DNA of 64,000 nt from NCBI GenBank assembly GCA_951406725.2, contig OX597817.1:1488001-1552000 (forward strand), given 5' to 3'. Each line of letters opens with the position of its first letter. Position 1 is the stretch's first letter. Below are positions 12,036 through 24,654 of the stretch, one piece after another. The stretch comes from Octopus vulgaris (Eukaryota). The notes beneath the pieces are model-generated. The model did not search any database, had not been told where the DNA came from, and was given only the letters and a program-made list of their open reading frames with translations. A program made the position numbers and the translations under genes.

Positions 12036-14050
12036 GCAGTACTTGTGTATTTTCATTATCATTATTTATTTACTTAGTTTACGGCCTTCGGGCTGCGTCG
12101 TCGTTTGATTTCTCAACTGGGGCCAGTTGCTAAATTGTTGTTGCTGCTGAGAATGATGTCCTGCTTCCAGTTCGTGTTTTCTGATTAGTCGCTGTAGGGC
12201 AGGCATTAATGATTAAACCATTCTCACTGAAATTCTTATGGTTTTGGTTTTGTTCATTGCTAATAATCTATTATGTCCGGACGACGGCATGGTGGACAAT
12301 ATAAGAAGTTCATTTCGATATGAATTTCCAAGTTCGATTCTAGAGCATGGCCATATAGGAAAGGGCATTTTGCCATAGCCTCGGTTCGTGCCCACTCTTG
12401 TGAGTGAAAATGGTTGAAGATAAACTGCTTAGAGGTCCATTGGATGGGTTGAGCTTGTATTGCAAAAGATTAACCTTGTTTCACACTTATCACACGTTGT
12501 CCAACTGATTCTACATAATGAGGATGTCGTTCCGTTGTCTTAACAGTTGAATCACTTATTGTTGAAATCAGCGTACGTACTAATCATCCAGCAACAATTT
12601 TGTTGTAAATCTACGTGCTGGTCACCGATACTTTGTTTTACTGTATCTGCAAGTAGAATGGAACGATCTCTCTTTTTTACTGAGATAGAGTAGATTACTT
12701 GAGGCATTGAAGTGTAGGTATCGGAAACTGATGATAAAAGCCTCCTAAATCCTTATATTGGAAAGAAAAATAAATATATTCAATACTTCATTTTTATATT
12801 TTCTACTCCAGCTTTAACAATCCATAATAGTGGCTTAAACATTATTCTTAAGGCCATTTTATACAGCCAGCATAAAGATCAGAATGGCATTGTTGCAAAT
12901 ATATTAAGTAACGAGGAGATGGGTGGATGTAAGTTTCGGCTGGTCAAGAAACTTAAGTATATCCTGGTTCATACTCAAGCTTTTCGTACCAAAATGTTGA
13001 TAAAACTACAAACTCTTGGTATTAATTTGTCTTTACATTTATGCACTTATTAATGAACACAAATATAATGTATATGCACTTCTGCCCATGGAAATATATT
13101 TTTGAAGTAATTATTCAGCTTCTGTAGCGTGTGAGAGCATTTCAATCCGTTGAACAAAGACGCCTGTTAAGGCTGTTGTAACTGTTTAACCCCTGACCCT
13201 CGCCGATAGAACAGGTCGATGGTAAAAATGGCTCCAAATGATCATTCCAGCTTTTGTTCAATCATTGTATATCCTGGAGTATCATATCCAATATACCTCT
13301 GCGGGGTTGTTTTTTCGGGATTTCTCACAGATCGACCGTTCACCAGAAACTCGTTTTCATACGGGCTTGAAAGTGTAAAGAGTGGCCTTCGGGCAAATTC
13401 TATGAAACAAGCATATTTTCTTTCTATTTTGTATTATAGCACCGGTCACTTATAAGGACGGGTTGAATTATGGTTTTTCTTCTGGCAAAAAATATAAAAA
13501 GGTTGATAAGAATCTAAGCATGATGAAATATTTAAAAAAACATTATCATGCAAATTGCCTTAATTTCATCATAATTCTAGATTACAACTCTTGCCAAGCA
13601 GGTAGAACATGGAATAATAGGAGACACAGAATGAATGAGAAAACTATTCGGTATATGGAGTAGCAGGGTGGATAGTGTGGATCTTAGAAGCAAATTACCG
13701 CAATTTGGCCAGAAGTGTGAGTTACTAGGTGTGAGATATTTGAAGATGAATGTCGAGTAAAAACGGAAAAAAAATCAGTCAATTTGTTAGTATTTGAACA
13801 ATTTTTAACAAGTACAGTGCAACTTTTTAATGTTTACTTGTGTTTGTGCGTCTTGCATCTGTTTATAAATAGGTGGTTAGGAATGTGTAAGTGTGTGTGT
13901 ACGTGTTTTTGCAAATTAATACGTGTGCGCATACAATTATATAGGTACGTATGTTTGCATATGTGTCTGCATATCTGCGTGTGAATATATATACATGAAA
14001 CACTATATGTTTACAAACATCTAAAATACATGTTCTGTCACTCTCAGTAT

Positions 14051-14100
<50 letters not shown>

Positions 14101-14161
14101 TATATGTATATATACATATATGTACATACCTACATATACATGTATTTGAATATGCATATAT

Positions 14162-14518
14162 TAGTACAGGACATCACAAAACGTAAACAACATGAAATAC
14201 GAAAATAAAAATGGGTACGCGAAAAACGAGAGAAACAAATGGAAAACAAGAGAAGTAACATAAAAAACGACTCTTCATCAGTTGTTGACTCTCCTTCTAC
14301 TCCTTAATTCGAGCACTGAACGACAATATAAGACTTTGAAGGCAGTTGCTCCCCCGAACCAAAGTAAAATTTGGGATTTGCGGAGGGTCAAAGCTGGTAA
14401 CAAAAACAGGACAGTGGAGACATACAAATAAGCCGACCGAAAACAAACATGGAGGGTCGGTAGACGAGACGAGGTAAAGTAGTGAACGCTGGAGAAATAT
14501 TGTCTTTAACAAGAGAAT
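14162..14518 (-). mobile_element. Microsatellite-embedded repeat, homologue of 3030-3580
   Basis: Shares CTGTCCTGTTT..GTTACCA..TTTGAC.CTCCGCAA.TCCCAAATTTTA...GGAGCAACTG...TGCTCGAA...CAACAACTGATGAA. Confidence 0.6.
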
Positions 14519-14544
14519 ATATATATATATACATACATATATAC

Positions 14545-14589
<45 letters not shown>

Positions 14590-14680
14590 CATACATATAT
14601 ATATACATACATACATATATATATGTATGCATGTATATATGCATATCTATCTATCTATCTATATATATATATATTTATAT

Positions 14681-17099
14681 ATACTAAGTAATTAAGGGTT
14701 TAGCAACGAATTGCCTCACCAACATACCGAATTTAGAAATAGCAGTCAAAGAGATATAGCTATTCCTTCTACTAAAAGGGGGATCTCAGTAAAAACACAG
14801 CACTTAAAAGGCAAACACAGACAGGTAAGAAAGAAAGAATGAAATGACGGCAATCCATCATGCAATTTTAAGTTACCTACAGACGTACGTTTCGAGATCA
14901 AGTTTTAGGATATCATAAGAATTAGAAAATTCTACTTTACCCAGACTTCTTCTCTCATCGGCGCAGGATACTACAATTGTGAATAATTGTATATTAAATT
15001 TTGAGATACTAGAATGCGTTATCTCAACTCGGTGTCAGAGCGAGCCAAAGCATGACCAGTACCACGAAATTCAAAGTTTGAATGAAAGTTTGTGTCACCA
15101 GCCCCCTTCCACCCGCGTGTAGCCAAGGCAAAATGCTGTGGTCATCTACTGGGATAAAATATGGTTATCAGTAATAATAAAAGGGTGAAATTAATTAATT
15201 AGGGATAATTATCAATTACACCAAGTAGATTTCGGTATGTAAAAGCCCCATTCGAGGAAAATTTAAGTAATACTAAGTAATTAAGGGTTTAGCAACGAAT
15301 TGCCTCACCAACACACCGAATTTAGAAATAGCAGTCAAAGAGATATAGCTATTCCTTCTACTAAAAGGGGGATCTCAGTAAAAACACAGCACTTAAAAGG
15401 CAAACACAGACAGGTAAGAAAGAAAGAATGAAATGACGGCAATCCATCATGCAATTTTAAGTTACCTACGGACGTACGTTTCGAGATCAAGTTTTAGGAT
15501 ATCATAAGAATTAGAAAATTCTACTTTACCCAGACTTCTTCTCTCATCGGCGCAGGATACTACAATTGTGAATAATTGTATATTAAATTTTGAGATACTA
15601 GAATGCGTTATCTCAACTCGGTGTCAGAGCGAGCCAAAGCATGACCAGTACCACGAAATTCAAAGTTTGAATGAAAGTTTGTGTCACCAGCCCCTTCCAC
15701 CCGCGTGTAGCCAAGGCAAAATGCTGTGGTCATCTACTGGGATAAAATATGGTTATCAGTAATAATAAAAGGGTGAAATTAATTAATTAGGGATAATTAT
15801 CAATTACACCAAGTAGATTTCGGTATGTAAAAGCCCCATTCGAGGAAAATTTAAGTAATACTAAGTAATTAAGGGTTTAGCAACGAATTGCCTCACCAAC
15901 ACACCGAATTTAGAAATAGCAGTCAAAGAGATATAGCTATTCCTTCTACTAAAAGGGGGATCTCAGTAAAAACACAGCACTTAAAAGGCAAACACAGACA
16001 GGTAAGAAAGAAAGAATGAAATGACGGCAATCCATCATGCAATTTTAAGTTACCTACTGACGTACGTTTCGAGATCAAGTTTTAGGATATCATAAGAATT
16101 AGAAAATTCTACTTTACCCAGACTTCTTCTCTCATCGGCGCAGGATACTACAATTGTGAATAATTGTATATTAAATTTTGAGATACTAGAATGCGTTATC
16201 TCAACTCGGTGTCAGAGCGAGCCAAAGCATGACCAGTACCACGAAATTCAAAGTTTGAATGAAAGTTTGTGTCACCAGCCCCCTTCCACCCGCGTGTAGC
16301 CAAGGCAAAATGCTGTGGTCATCTACTGGGATAAAATATGGTTATCAGTAATAATAAAAGGGTGAAATTAATTAATTAGGGATAATTATCAATTACACCA
16401 AGTAGATTTCGGTATGTAAAAGCCCCATTCGAGGAAAATTTAAGTAATACTAAGTAATTAAGGGTTTAGCAACGAATTGCCTCACCAACACACCGAATTT
16501 AGAAATAGCAGTCAAAGAGATATAGCTATTCCTTCTACTAAAAGGGGGATCTCAGTAAAAACACAGCACTTAAAAGGCAAACACAGACAGGTAAGAAAGA
16601 AAGAATGAAATGACGGCAATCCATCATGCAATTTTAAGTTACCTACGGACGTACGTTTCGAGATCAAGTTTTAGGATATCATAAGAATTAGAAAATTCTA
16701 CTTTACCCAGACTTCTTCTCTCATCGGCGCAGGATACTACAATTGTGAATAATTGTATATTAAATTTTGAGATACTAGAATGCGTTATCTCAACTCGGTG
16801 TCAGAGCGAGCCAAAGCATGACCAGTACCACGAAATTCAAAGTTTGAATGAAAGTTTGTGTCACCAGCCCCCTTCCACCCGCGTGTAGCCAAGGCAAAAT
16901 GCTGTGGTCATCTACTGGGATAAAATATGGTTATCAGTAATAATAAAAGGGTGAAATTAATTAATTAGGGATAATTATCAATTACACCAAGTAGATTTCG
17001 GTATGTAAAAGCCCCATTCGAGGAAAATTTAAGTAATACTAAGTAATTAAGGGTTTAGCATCGAATTGCCTCACCAACACACCGAATTTAGAAATAGCA
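14681..17099 (-). repeat. Tandem array of about 4.1 x 589-bp HHR-containing monomers
   Basis: Units start at 14681, 15270, 15858, 16447 and 17036 and are near identical. HHRs on the minus strand at 14876-14967, 15465-15556, 16053-16144 and 16642-16733. Confidence 0.95.
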
Positions 17100-17613
17100 A
17101 TTCAAACTTTGAATTTCGTGGTACTGGTCATGCTTTGGCTCGCTCTGACACCGAGTTGAGATAACGCATTCTAGTATCTCAAAATTTAATATACAATTAT
17201 TCACAATTGTAGTATCCTGCGCCGATGAGAGAAGAAGTCTGGGTAAAGTAGAATTTTCTAATTCTTATGATATCCTAAAACTTGATCTCGAAACGTACGT
17301 CTGTAGGTAACTTAAAATTGCATGATGGATTGCCGTCATTTCATTCTTTCTTTCTTACCTGTCTGTGTTTGCCTTTTAAGTGCTGTGTTTTTACTGAGAT
17401 CCCCCTTTTAGTAGAAGGAATAGCTATATCTCTTTGACTGCTATTTCTAAATTCGGTGTGTTGGTGAGGCAATTCGTTGCTAAACCCTTAATTACTTAGT
17501 ATTACTTAAATTTTCCTCGAATGGGGCTTTTACATACCGAAATCTACTTGGTGTAATTGATAATTATCCCTAATTAATTAATTTCACCCTTTTATTATTA
17601 CTGATAACCATAT
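17100..17613 (+). repeat. Inverted partial copy (514 bp) of the 589-bp monomer
   Basis: Sequence switches at 17099/17100 to the reverse complement of the unit, then runs into (TA)n. Confidence 0.95.
17216..17307 (+). ncRNA. Type I hammerhead ribozyme (U4C core, long stem II)
   Basis: CCTGCG-CCGATGA-GAGA...TCTC-GAAA-C-GTAC-G-TC-TGTAGG. Stem II can extend through AAGT/ACTT, GGGTA/TATCC and AGAATT/AATTCT. Predicted cleavage after C17301. Confidence 0.8.
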
Positions 17614-17658
17614 ATTTATATATACATATATGATTGTATATATATATATATATATATA

Positions 17659-17907
17659 TATCTGTAAATGTAATATGTGACAACTATTCGGTAGCCATGA
17701 TAAAACTCCGAGTTTCGGATGCCGAGGTGGAAATCCACGCCGCCATCTCTTCAGTTATCTGGCCATCGGAAAAAATGAAAGAAAAGAGGCATTTTTTTCC
17801 GATGGCCAGATAACTGAAGAGATGGCGGCGTGGATTTCAACCTCGGCATCCGAAACTCGGAGTTTTATCATGGCTACCGAATAAATGTCACATTACTTTT
17901 ACAGATA
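17659..17907. repeat. Fold-back inverted repeat with about 118-bp arms, one HHR per arm
   Basis: Arms 17659-17777 and 17790-17907, 12-nt spacer, between (TA)n tracts. Confidence 0.9.
17804..17875 (+). ncRNA. Type I hammerhead ribozyme, canonical core (mirror copy at 17693-17764, minus strand)
   Basis: GGCCAGATAA-CTGAAGA-GATG...CATCC-GAAA-CTCGGAG-TT-TTATCATGGCT, GUU site. Confidence 0.7.
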
Positions 17908-17975
17908 AATTATAAATTCCTCTATTTACATAATGTCTCTTTCATTCTTTTGTTGTCTTACCTTTTTTTAACAAT

Positions 17976-18006
<31 letters not shown>

Positions 18007-18309
18007 AACACACATGCACAGACATACATGTGTATGCGTATGTCTTTGTAAACTAACTATGTTCGAGTGCAATCTTTTTTTCATTAAAGTTTCTTTCCTA
18101 TCTTCGTTATCAAACCCATATAATTCATTTGAAAATAAATTCCCCAAATTATCTTTATCAGCATTCATAACCTATCTCAGTCTTCCGGGTGTAGATCGTT
18201 TTTGAAATCTATTCTGCTTTTTTGTGGCCGGCTTGTATTAAGTACTTTCCCGCCATAATTCAACCGTTAGAGCGATAGAGTTCTGCCTAATTGGCTTCGT
18301 ATTCATGAC

Positions 18310-18660
18310 GTATGGTTGTTGGAAGGTAATTATAAAATTGTGCTACGATATTTATATTACCTCCACAACCAATAGTCTATTTCTTTGGGGTATTCTCTAA
18401 AGTATAGTAATATTTTCTGCTAATAATTTTCTATCTAATTTTGTTTTATAGTGTGTCGTATAGTGTTTTGCAATTGCTCTTTTTTATAATAAAGAGTGAT
18501 GCTGAGACTATAAAAGAATCGTGTAATTCTTTGGTTACAACAAGAACTGGAAAGTAGGAGTAAATTTTATTTCTAATGTATTAGTCAACTAAAATACACT
18601 CACCCAATTCCAAACTATTGCGCAACACATAATTGAGAAACGAAATTAGTAACTACGGTA
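18310..18660 (-). pseudogene. Penelope-type GIY-YIG endonuclease C-terminal relic
   Basis: Minus-strand translation RAIAKHYTTHYKTKLDRKLLAENITIL*RIPQRNRLLVVEVI*I resembles the PLE endonuclease pattern (AIxxH...IL...RLxxEAxxI). Contains stops. Confidence 0.5.
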
Positions 18661-18759
18661 ATATTTGTGCATGTTCTCCACTGTAGCTATAGCAAAAACA
18701 GAATGAAGTTTCTAGCCAATATCCCCAATACCTCCTGCTTTCTCTTTGGAACAATGTAA

Positions 18760-19655
18760 CGTTTATCGTAGTAAGTAATGTTTATCACCATGGCTGTTCC
18801 GCTGGAATTGACGTTACTACTGTTTTTAAAACCCCAGTAGAACGCCTCCTCCAGCTGGTTATCGATGCAATCTCCACTAGATATATATTGCAAGCAAGGG
18901 ATCGAACTACCATCATTTATCGACGACAATGAGACCACTAGTTCGGTTTCGAGCTATTTGTGCTTATCCTTAGTGATGGGCACCCTCCGCCAGAGATAGC
19001 AGTACTTCCCTGATCTTGCAACAAGCAAAGTAACTAGTTAGGAAATCTTTATAAGAGAACGAAAGTAATAACAACACCGAGAAGTAATATTTATCGCCAC
19101 ATCAATACGGCTATTCGACGTTAGTATCGAATTTAACTCCAGGAAGAGCCTCCTCGAGCTGGTTATCGATACAATCTGCACCCTGTATATATTGCAAGCA
19201 AGGGAGAGAACCCTTACCATCTTCTTGCAGACGGCGGGATCAACAGATCGAACGGTTTCAGTCTATTTTGTTCCCAGCTTCATTGGTGAACACCCGATCG
19301 CTAGAGAGAGCAGGAATTCGCTCCAGCTTGCAATATATATAGAACAGCAAGTGATAATCAGTCACTGATCTTGCAACAAGCAAAGTAACTAATTGGAAAA
19401 TCTCGGTAAGAGATGAAAGTAGTAATTATACTGAGAAGTAATGTTTATCGTCACTTCACTATCTCTAGCGGATGGGTGTCCACCACTGAGAATGTGCACA
19501 AGTAGCTCGAAAGCGGACGGTCTGGTGGTGCCGCCTCGCCGCTGGAAAATTGTAGCGGTTCGATCCCCTGCTTACAATATATATTGGGTGCAAATTGCAT
19601 CGATAACCAGCTAGATGAGGTGTCCTTCCGAGGTTAAAAATGGTACTAACATTGG
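18760..19655 (-). mobile_element. Decayed HHR element: about 2 tandem ~310-bp monomers plus an inverted copy
   Basis: AAGTAAT(G/A)TTTATC recurs at 18773, 19082 and 19436. About 19460-19655 is inverted and carries CCACCA-CTGAGAA...GCTC-GAAA-GCGGACG-GTC-TGGTGG (19480-19528). Confidence 0.65.
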
Positions 19656-19659
19656 TTCC

Positions 19660-20140
19660 TACCGATGCAAGAACTGCCCTGATATTAATGTTAATATTGA
19701 TCATATTAAGTGTATCATTGAGATTGTCATTGAAACGCTTGATTTGGACTGCACTGGGAATGATTTCCTTGCTTCAGTTCACCAATCAACATCCATTTGG
19801 GAATGCAGGTGTCTTCTATGTGGACAAGATGATCAGATCATCTACGTTGGTGTTTAAGAAAAATAGAGTCGATACTTGTCATTTTCAACCGCTACAGTGC
19901 TCTCGTATGGAATATACGAGATCACCAAGCATCGCTGGTGGAATCGCTCGAAATGTTGGATATACCTGCGGTAGGTTGTGCAGGCCTCGAATTCATACAA
20001 TAGCGCTTTTAAGACACATGCTTGATAAACCTCAAATTTCGTTGCTGCATTGAGATCCGATTGCGCCCAGAGCTTCAATCCAAAACGTATTACAAATCTT
20101 AGAAAGACTATAGCAGACGTACACACATATATCTACCGTT
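19660..20140 (-). mobile_element. RTE-clade LINE fragment
   Basis: LWAQSDLNAATKFEVYQACVLKALLY...TYRRYIQHFERFHQRCL and [13 protein letters not shown] are typical of the RTE post-RT region. Confidence 0.85.
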
Positions 20141-20334
20141 GCTTGACATTTTTCGTATGCCACTAATAAACCTCTATGTTTTTAACGCTATACATCTTTA
20201 GGAAATGCTTCCTCGTGTCGAATACCGCAGTGTTGTGGCTTTCTACAGTATATTCACGTTAAGTAAGATACACAGAATGCTATGCATACATACATTCATA
20301 CATACATATGTATATGTATATATATGTATATATG

Positions 20335-20481
<147 letters not shown>

Positions 20482-20554
20482 CCCAAATGGATGTTGATTG
20501 GTGAACTGAAGCAAGGAAATCATTCCCAGTGCAGTCCAAATAGTATATATATAT

Positions 20555-20822
20555 GTGGAGGTTATGAGAAGTAATGGTGTCAGTAAGACCCAAAGGTGTC
20601 AGGTAATGCTGAGTAAGTGCTATGGATAGACCATAGTTAAGCTCCAGGTTCGGTGATTATGCGATAAAGGAGTCTTATCTAAATTAACTATTGCTTAAAC
20701 ATTTTATCACACCGTCTCCGATGAAGGGATATAATAAATATCCTGGAAACAGCTGTAAGACCTATTTATAATTGTTCTAAAATCTTCACAGCCTTGGTTT
20801 TTCATCTCATTCTGAAAAATAA
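20555..20822 (+). mobile_element. HHR-containing insert between (TA)n tracts
   Basis: Non-repetitive stretch bounded by TA runs and carrying the HHR at 20714-20761. Confidence 0.6.
20714..20761 (+). ncRNA. Minimal type I hammerhead motif (U4C core)
   Basis: GTCT-CCGATGA-A-GGGATAT(AATAA)ATATCCT-G-GAAA-C-AGCT-G-TA-AGAC. A.G mismatch at the base of stem II. Confidence 0.7.
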
Positions 20823-21866
20823 TTATATATATATATATGAAACTATAAGACACCTGTTGTTAATGTCTTGTTTGTATTTGTAATTGTGTACCATGTCTCC
20901 ATTTTTTCCGTCCTTGTTTTCGTATACATTCGCTTGCTTTCTTCCGAAGAATCTAGTGCCCTTAGCACTCGGGTGTAACCAGCCGAAACTGCAGGGAAGA
21001 TCTGGAATTCGACTGACTATAGAAAGCTCTGAATGAACCGTCATTGTTTTTTCCTGCCCTTTTTTGTATCGTCTAACTGTCCAGATGTTTTGTTGTCGCC
21101 TGTTACGTTCTTGTTCCATTTTTTGCTTAGTTTATATATATATATATATATACACATAGATAAAACTCCTTGAGGTTTATATACAGAATATATATACATG
21201 GTGTGTACATGTAAATAGAGAAAAGGCAAAAACTAAAATATTTTCAGATGGTTAACTTTCAAGTATAAATATATATATATGAATAATATATTTGTATATT
21301 AATAGAGCAAACTTGGATGAAATAGACACAAAGAGTTCGAGGGGAGAAGGTATGATGTTGGGCGTGCGACAGCTGTTGCAGCTGTGAAGGTTCAAATCTT
21401 TTGAGTGCTACCAAGTGTTTTCTATATAGAGATTCGATCTCATCTGTTAACACACACACACACACACACACATACACACACACACATGTAAATCAAGCAT
21501 CTATAACATGTCCCGCCGCCGCCGCCACAGCAAACTCCCCTCCAAGTCGTCGCCAATCACGATCGGCGTCTTTCTCTTTACAAGCAGCCGCTATTAACAT
21601 GACCAGTTATAACACGGACCTTAATTGAAGTCTCACCTAACTAAGATGTGTTTGGTAGCGATTTTATTATTATTGTTTTTATTTTTTATTTTCAAGGAGT
21701 TGATCAAAAGAATCCGTCTGTCTAAAATAGTCTGTTTCCATTGTATTCGCTGCCACTTTAATTCACTTTACTCTCTTTTTTTTTCTTTCAACTCTTTATC
21801 TCTTAAACCATGTATATCTCTTTCTCTGTCTCCTTCTGTAGTTTCGCACTCTTTCTTCCTTTCGTC

Positions 21867-21971
<105 letters not shown>

Positions 21972-24413
21972 TCTCTCTTTCTCTCTCTCTGTCTCCCTTT
22001 TTTTCTCTATATTTACTTCTTGCATTAAGATGTTGAATGTTGCGCCTTCTTGAATAGCTGCTATCAAAGATAACAACACAACACACAAAACAAACACAAA
22101 ACCACATATAAATTCACGCACACACACATAAATAGAGAAAGAGATTCGTTCTTATATTTGCTCTTCTGTACCAGCTATTTGTGTGTGTGTATGTATGTAT
22201 GTATCTATGTATGTGCGTGTGTATTTCTGTGCCTATAGGTATAAGTGTATGCGTGTGTGTACTTCTGTATCTGTGGGTATATATTTATAGAGATATATAT
22301 GTGCACACCTTTACAGACATATTTGTATGTCTAAACGTTCGCTTGTGTGCGTGTTCATACGAATTACTCTCTTTCTACATTTATATAATACATATCTATA
22401 CGCGTGTGTATATATATCACACACATACACACATACACAATACACACATATATATGTATATACACATTCACACACGCACACGCATGTATAGATGTGTGTA
22501 TTTATATTTTAATTATAAGTAAATACATAATTTGATGTTGGAACGACCATAAATAAGGTAAAACTTCGAATCTGTGACCATAACTCACTTGATATTTTAT
22601 TATAACTTTATTGTTGTTGTTGCTATTTTTCTATTGTCTTTGGTATTATTAAGAGACGCAGTTAAAATTTTTGTTATCAAATTTCGAAATTGGTATAGTG
22701 ATTAGGGATTACGCTGTTTTTATTTATTTATTTATTTATTTTTTAATTATCCAAAACATTTGTAGACATAAGCGAAGTTATGCAAGTTACCCGAACTGTC
22801 CTTGCTTACACAGGTGGATATAACATAACTTACCAGCTTCCCTCTTTAGAGCTTTGTAGCTTGAGTCAACGATAATTACATAACATTTTTTGGCTCGGCA
22901 CATTTCGGTTGATAAAATATGGAAGTAAACACATCATATTAAAACAGCCAATTGCAAATCTCTGCTGCATGATCAAGGCTGCTTCTGGCAGAGTAGACCG
23001 ACAATCAAAGGTATTGTAGTCATCTAATAAGTTCAACCCTTATTTAAGACGAAAGAATATCGTTTATGAGAGATTTGGTTTATATCACTCATAAATAATT
23101 TTCTGCCGTATTGCGACCACAAAAATGTCCCCTATCTGGATATTTGGTTTCTTGTCATTTTTGCTCATTTAGGACACTATTATTATTTTCTTACACAGAC
23201 ACAATATGTCCAAATTTGGAGGAAGGAAACAATTATATTAATCCCAGAACTAGATTGATGCGTTATCTTAAAGACTGTGAAGAATGAAAGGCAAAAGGGA
23301 TCTCGGCTGGATTTTAATTCAAAAAAGGAAGGGCCCTAACAAATCTGCAATGTATTTTGTCCAACACTAACGAATCTGCCAAGTCATCGCTTTTTAACTA
23401 GTATAATATTCCGACAAAACCATGCATTTTATTAATATGCTATACTCGATTGAAAACATCTCCAGGCAATGGCTTACACTTATTTTATAAGCATTTGGAC
23501 TTTTAGCGAAAGCGATAGAAGTAATATTGAGGTGTTATCTGCTTCGAAATACTTCAATAGGTTTTGGTGTGACACAGTCCATTGCCTTGAAGTTTATTTC
23601 ATTGAATTGTTGCTGTTGCCGATTAGCCTTTTTGCCAAGTCTCTTTTTTCAGACGTAGTATAGCGCAGTTATAACAAATCTTTCTCTGCCAGACACGTCG
23701 AAATTTATTTTGTTAATAATCATTTTGTTAGAATGGCACATGTATTTTAGTTTATAGATAAGATTTTTATGAGAAAATATATGATATGAAAAAAGGGCGC
23801 GGCTGCGGACTATCACTATTGGCATGTGCGTCATACGTTCACTATGATATATATTATTTATCAAAGACTACATTATCTAAAGAGTCCTTAACTTTTATAA
23901 AAGCAATGTGGGATTTGAGCGAGATTTGATTATTATTACTAGCTGACCGAGTGACCAGATCGAAGTCAACAGTTTGGTCTTGAAATAGATTATTGGACAG
24001 TGCAATATACAAACTGGGTTGGGCTGACATATTTTCATATTCCTCAGGAAACTTGAGATTCCTAAACACTAAATTTGTAAATTCAACTCTCGCTTTATAC
24101 ATTAAGAGTTCAAAATACTGTCAGAATCGACTTATTATTTTATTTTTTCATGGTCGATAAATCAATTCCTAATTGCATTCGATGAATCAGATAAGCTGAA
24201 AGTATTTTCCCGTAAAAAATATTTGTCCTCGTGTTAATGTGAGGAATCAATATTTGAAGAAACTGTAGAGAGAATGAGACGAAGCGAATTTCAGTACACG
24301 ATTCCAACACATTATTTGCTAAATTGAAATCATGTCGAGTTGATAATGGTAAATGTTATTTTGCGGAAAACGATATTTGGCTCAATGATAACATATGAAT
24401 ATTACAATGAACC

Positions 24414-24550
24414 TGTATGTATGTATGTATGTATGTATGTATGTATGTATGTATGTATGTATGTATGTATGTATGTATGTATGTATGTATGTATGTATGT
24501 ATGTATGTATGTATGTATGTATGTATGTATGTATGTATGTGTATGTGTGT

Positions 24551-24595
<45 letters not shown>

Positions 24596-24612
24596 TGTGT
24601 GTGTGTGTGTGT
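24414..24612. repeat. (TATG)n/(TG)n microsatellite
   Basis: Visible directly. Confidence 0.95.
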
Positions 24613-24654
24613 GATTCAACATTTGAGGCCTTATGCCTACAGTAGAAAGGAATT

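Noticed and set aside
15568-15762. 64-aa ORF in the 589-bp unit
   Set aside because: Open only in the unit with a 1-bp shorter C-run; not conserved in the other units.
20940-21000. HHR-like TCTT-CCGAAGA...GAAA-C-TGCA-G-GG-AAGA
   Set aside because: No UH cleavage triplet and no stem II closure; may be chance or a dead copy.
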